A DNA stretch of 49,579 nucleotides from Octopus bimaculoides. Its lineage: Eukaryota. A model generated the notes under the pieces. That model was not told where the DNA came from and searched no databases. It saw only the letters and a program-made list of their open reading frames with translations. Positions within the stretch are counted from its first letter, which is position 1. Every line of letters starts with the position of its first letter. The stretch spans positions 14,258,283-14,307,861 of the forward strand of contig NC_069002.1 of NCBI RefSeq assembly GCF_001194135.2, in the 5' to 3' direction. Shown here piece after piece: positions 48,106 through 49,579 of this stretch. Both the position numbers and the translations under genes were made by a program.

Positions 48106-48330
48106 GACCACCACGACCACGACGACGACCACCACCACTACATATGAGTATTATTGCCGTCATCGTCAATATAATCATCTCTATCCACCACGCATCCTCC
48201 TTCCTCCTATCTCCTTACTCCTCTTCCCCTCCTTATCATACTTCTTCTTCTTCTACTTCTTCTTCTTCTTCTTCTCCTTCTTCTTCTTCTTCTTCTTCTT
48301 CTTCTTCTTCTTCTTCTTCTTCTTCTTCTT

Positions 48331-48361
<31 letters not shown>

Positions 48362-48390
48362 TTATTATTATTATTATTATTATTATTCCT
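48058..48390. repeat. Compound microsatellite (CTA)n-(CGA/CCA)n ... (TTC)n-(TTA)n
   Basis: Visible repeat units. Confidence 0.95.
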
Positions 48391-48713
48391 GAGAGGTAAA
48401 ATGCAAGAAATAATCGCAACACAACCAACCACATGTAAACAGTGACATTATCATTGTAAAATTACTTTTTTTTTTAAATTTCCGATAATACATTTTTTTC
48501 TTTTCCTCTCTTTCTTGTATGGCAAATGTTTGAATAATCGCAAAAATGTAACTTTATTCAGTGCTAATTCCTTTTGTGTGAGACATAATAGCGAATTAGC
48601 TTTATGTGAATGATGTTTGTAGTCTTATTTTATTTTAAATGTTTGTTACATACACATGTGGGCACACAAACACACACACACATGTATGCATATGTATATA
48701 TATATGTGTGTGA

Positions 48714-48772
<59 letters not shown>

Positions 48773-48987
48773 CATGCAAACAGACACACAAACATACGCA
48801 CGTAGGCACAATCGCATATACACATGCGCACATTACACGTACGCGCAGGTGTATATGGATATGTTAACAAATACACAATTGTTCAAACAAATGGGTGCAT
48901 TCGTAGAATGTCGCTGCTCTTTGACTTTTATCGAATAAATATACACATACATACATACGTACATATATACATACACACACACATATT

Positions 48988-49192
48988 TTCTTTTATTCTT
49001 TTATTTGTTTTAGTCATTAAACTGCGACCATGCTGGGGCAGCGGGTTGAAGAATTTTAGTTGAATAAATCGACCCCAGTACATTTTTATGTAAACTGGAA
49101 CTTACTTTATCGAACTCTTTTGCCGAATTACTGATTTACAGAGAGCACAGCGTATCAACACTGGTTGTCAATCGGTGGCAACACAAAACACG
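48988..49192 (-). mobile_element. SINE family B-related 3' half
   Basis: CTGCGACCATGCTGGGGCA..AATCGACCCCAG..GGTTGTCAA is the reverse complement of the family B 3' part. Confidence 0.75.
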
Positions 49193-49299
49193 CTCACTCA
49201 CTCACTCACTCACATACACACACACTCACACAAACACATTTATAATAGATAGATTGATATACAGGTATGTAGATAGGTAGATATTATAGTTCTATATTT

Positions 49300-49450
49300 A
49301 AGAGATGAGGAATTATGTACATTATTTACATTTGACGGATATTTGTCCTCATCTTGTTTGTTGTTAGCACAATGTTTCGGCTTCAGCCTTCTTCAGATGT
49401 CTTGGGCAAATTTTGAACCTGAGTTCTCATTCCTAAGGTATTTTTCGATG

Positions 49451-49514
<64 letters not shown>

Positions 49515-49579
49515 CATCATCATCATTATTCAGGTTACTGGAATCGAACTCGGAATCTTGGGGTTAGTAGCCCGCGCTC
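49300..49579 (-). mobile_element. tRNA-headed repeat with internal (AAT)n and hammerhead-containing tail; truncated by the window edge
   Basis: Minus strand: tRNA-like GAGCGCGGGCTACTAACCCCAAGATTCC-GAGTTCGATTCC (B box 49540-49551), (AAT)n, then CTGAAGA-A-GGC-TGAA-GCC-GAAACATT (49371-49396). Confidence 0.6.

Overview
AT-rich, microsatellite-saturated animal genomic DNA with 12 N-gaps (about 3.9 kb). The repeat families suggest an octopus; that assignment is inference. The only intact protein-coding gene is a single-exon D1-like (Dop1R1-type) dopamine receptor GPCR at 6116-7333 (+). The rest is a transposon landscape: at least four tRNA-derived SINE families, including a strongly polarised 6.6 kb array of about 20 copies of one family (called family A here) just downstream of the receptor; two distinct decayed R4/Dong-like non-LTR elements; a full-length decayed mariner and two mariner derivatives; CR1/L2-like and Penelope-like relics; and a tRNA-Lys(CTT) pseudogene. 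Most nearly all short ORFs in the track are microsatellite or gap artefacts. Highlights for follow-up: (1) five hammerhead-ribozyme-like motifs in two architectures, one with a ~108-nt helix II and one in the tail of a tRNA-headed element; (2) target-site duplications showing family A prefers an A(A/T)TATTT target that its own ends regenerate, which could self-seed the array; (3) a 36-bp-stem hairpin at 30158-30235 beside a gap.
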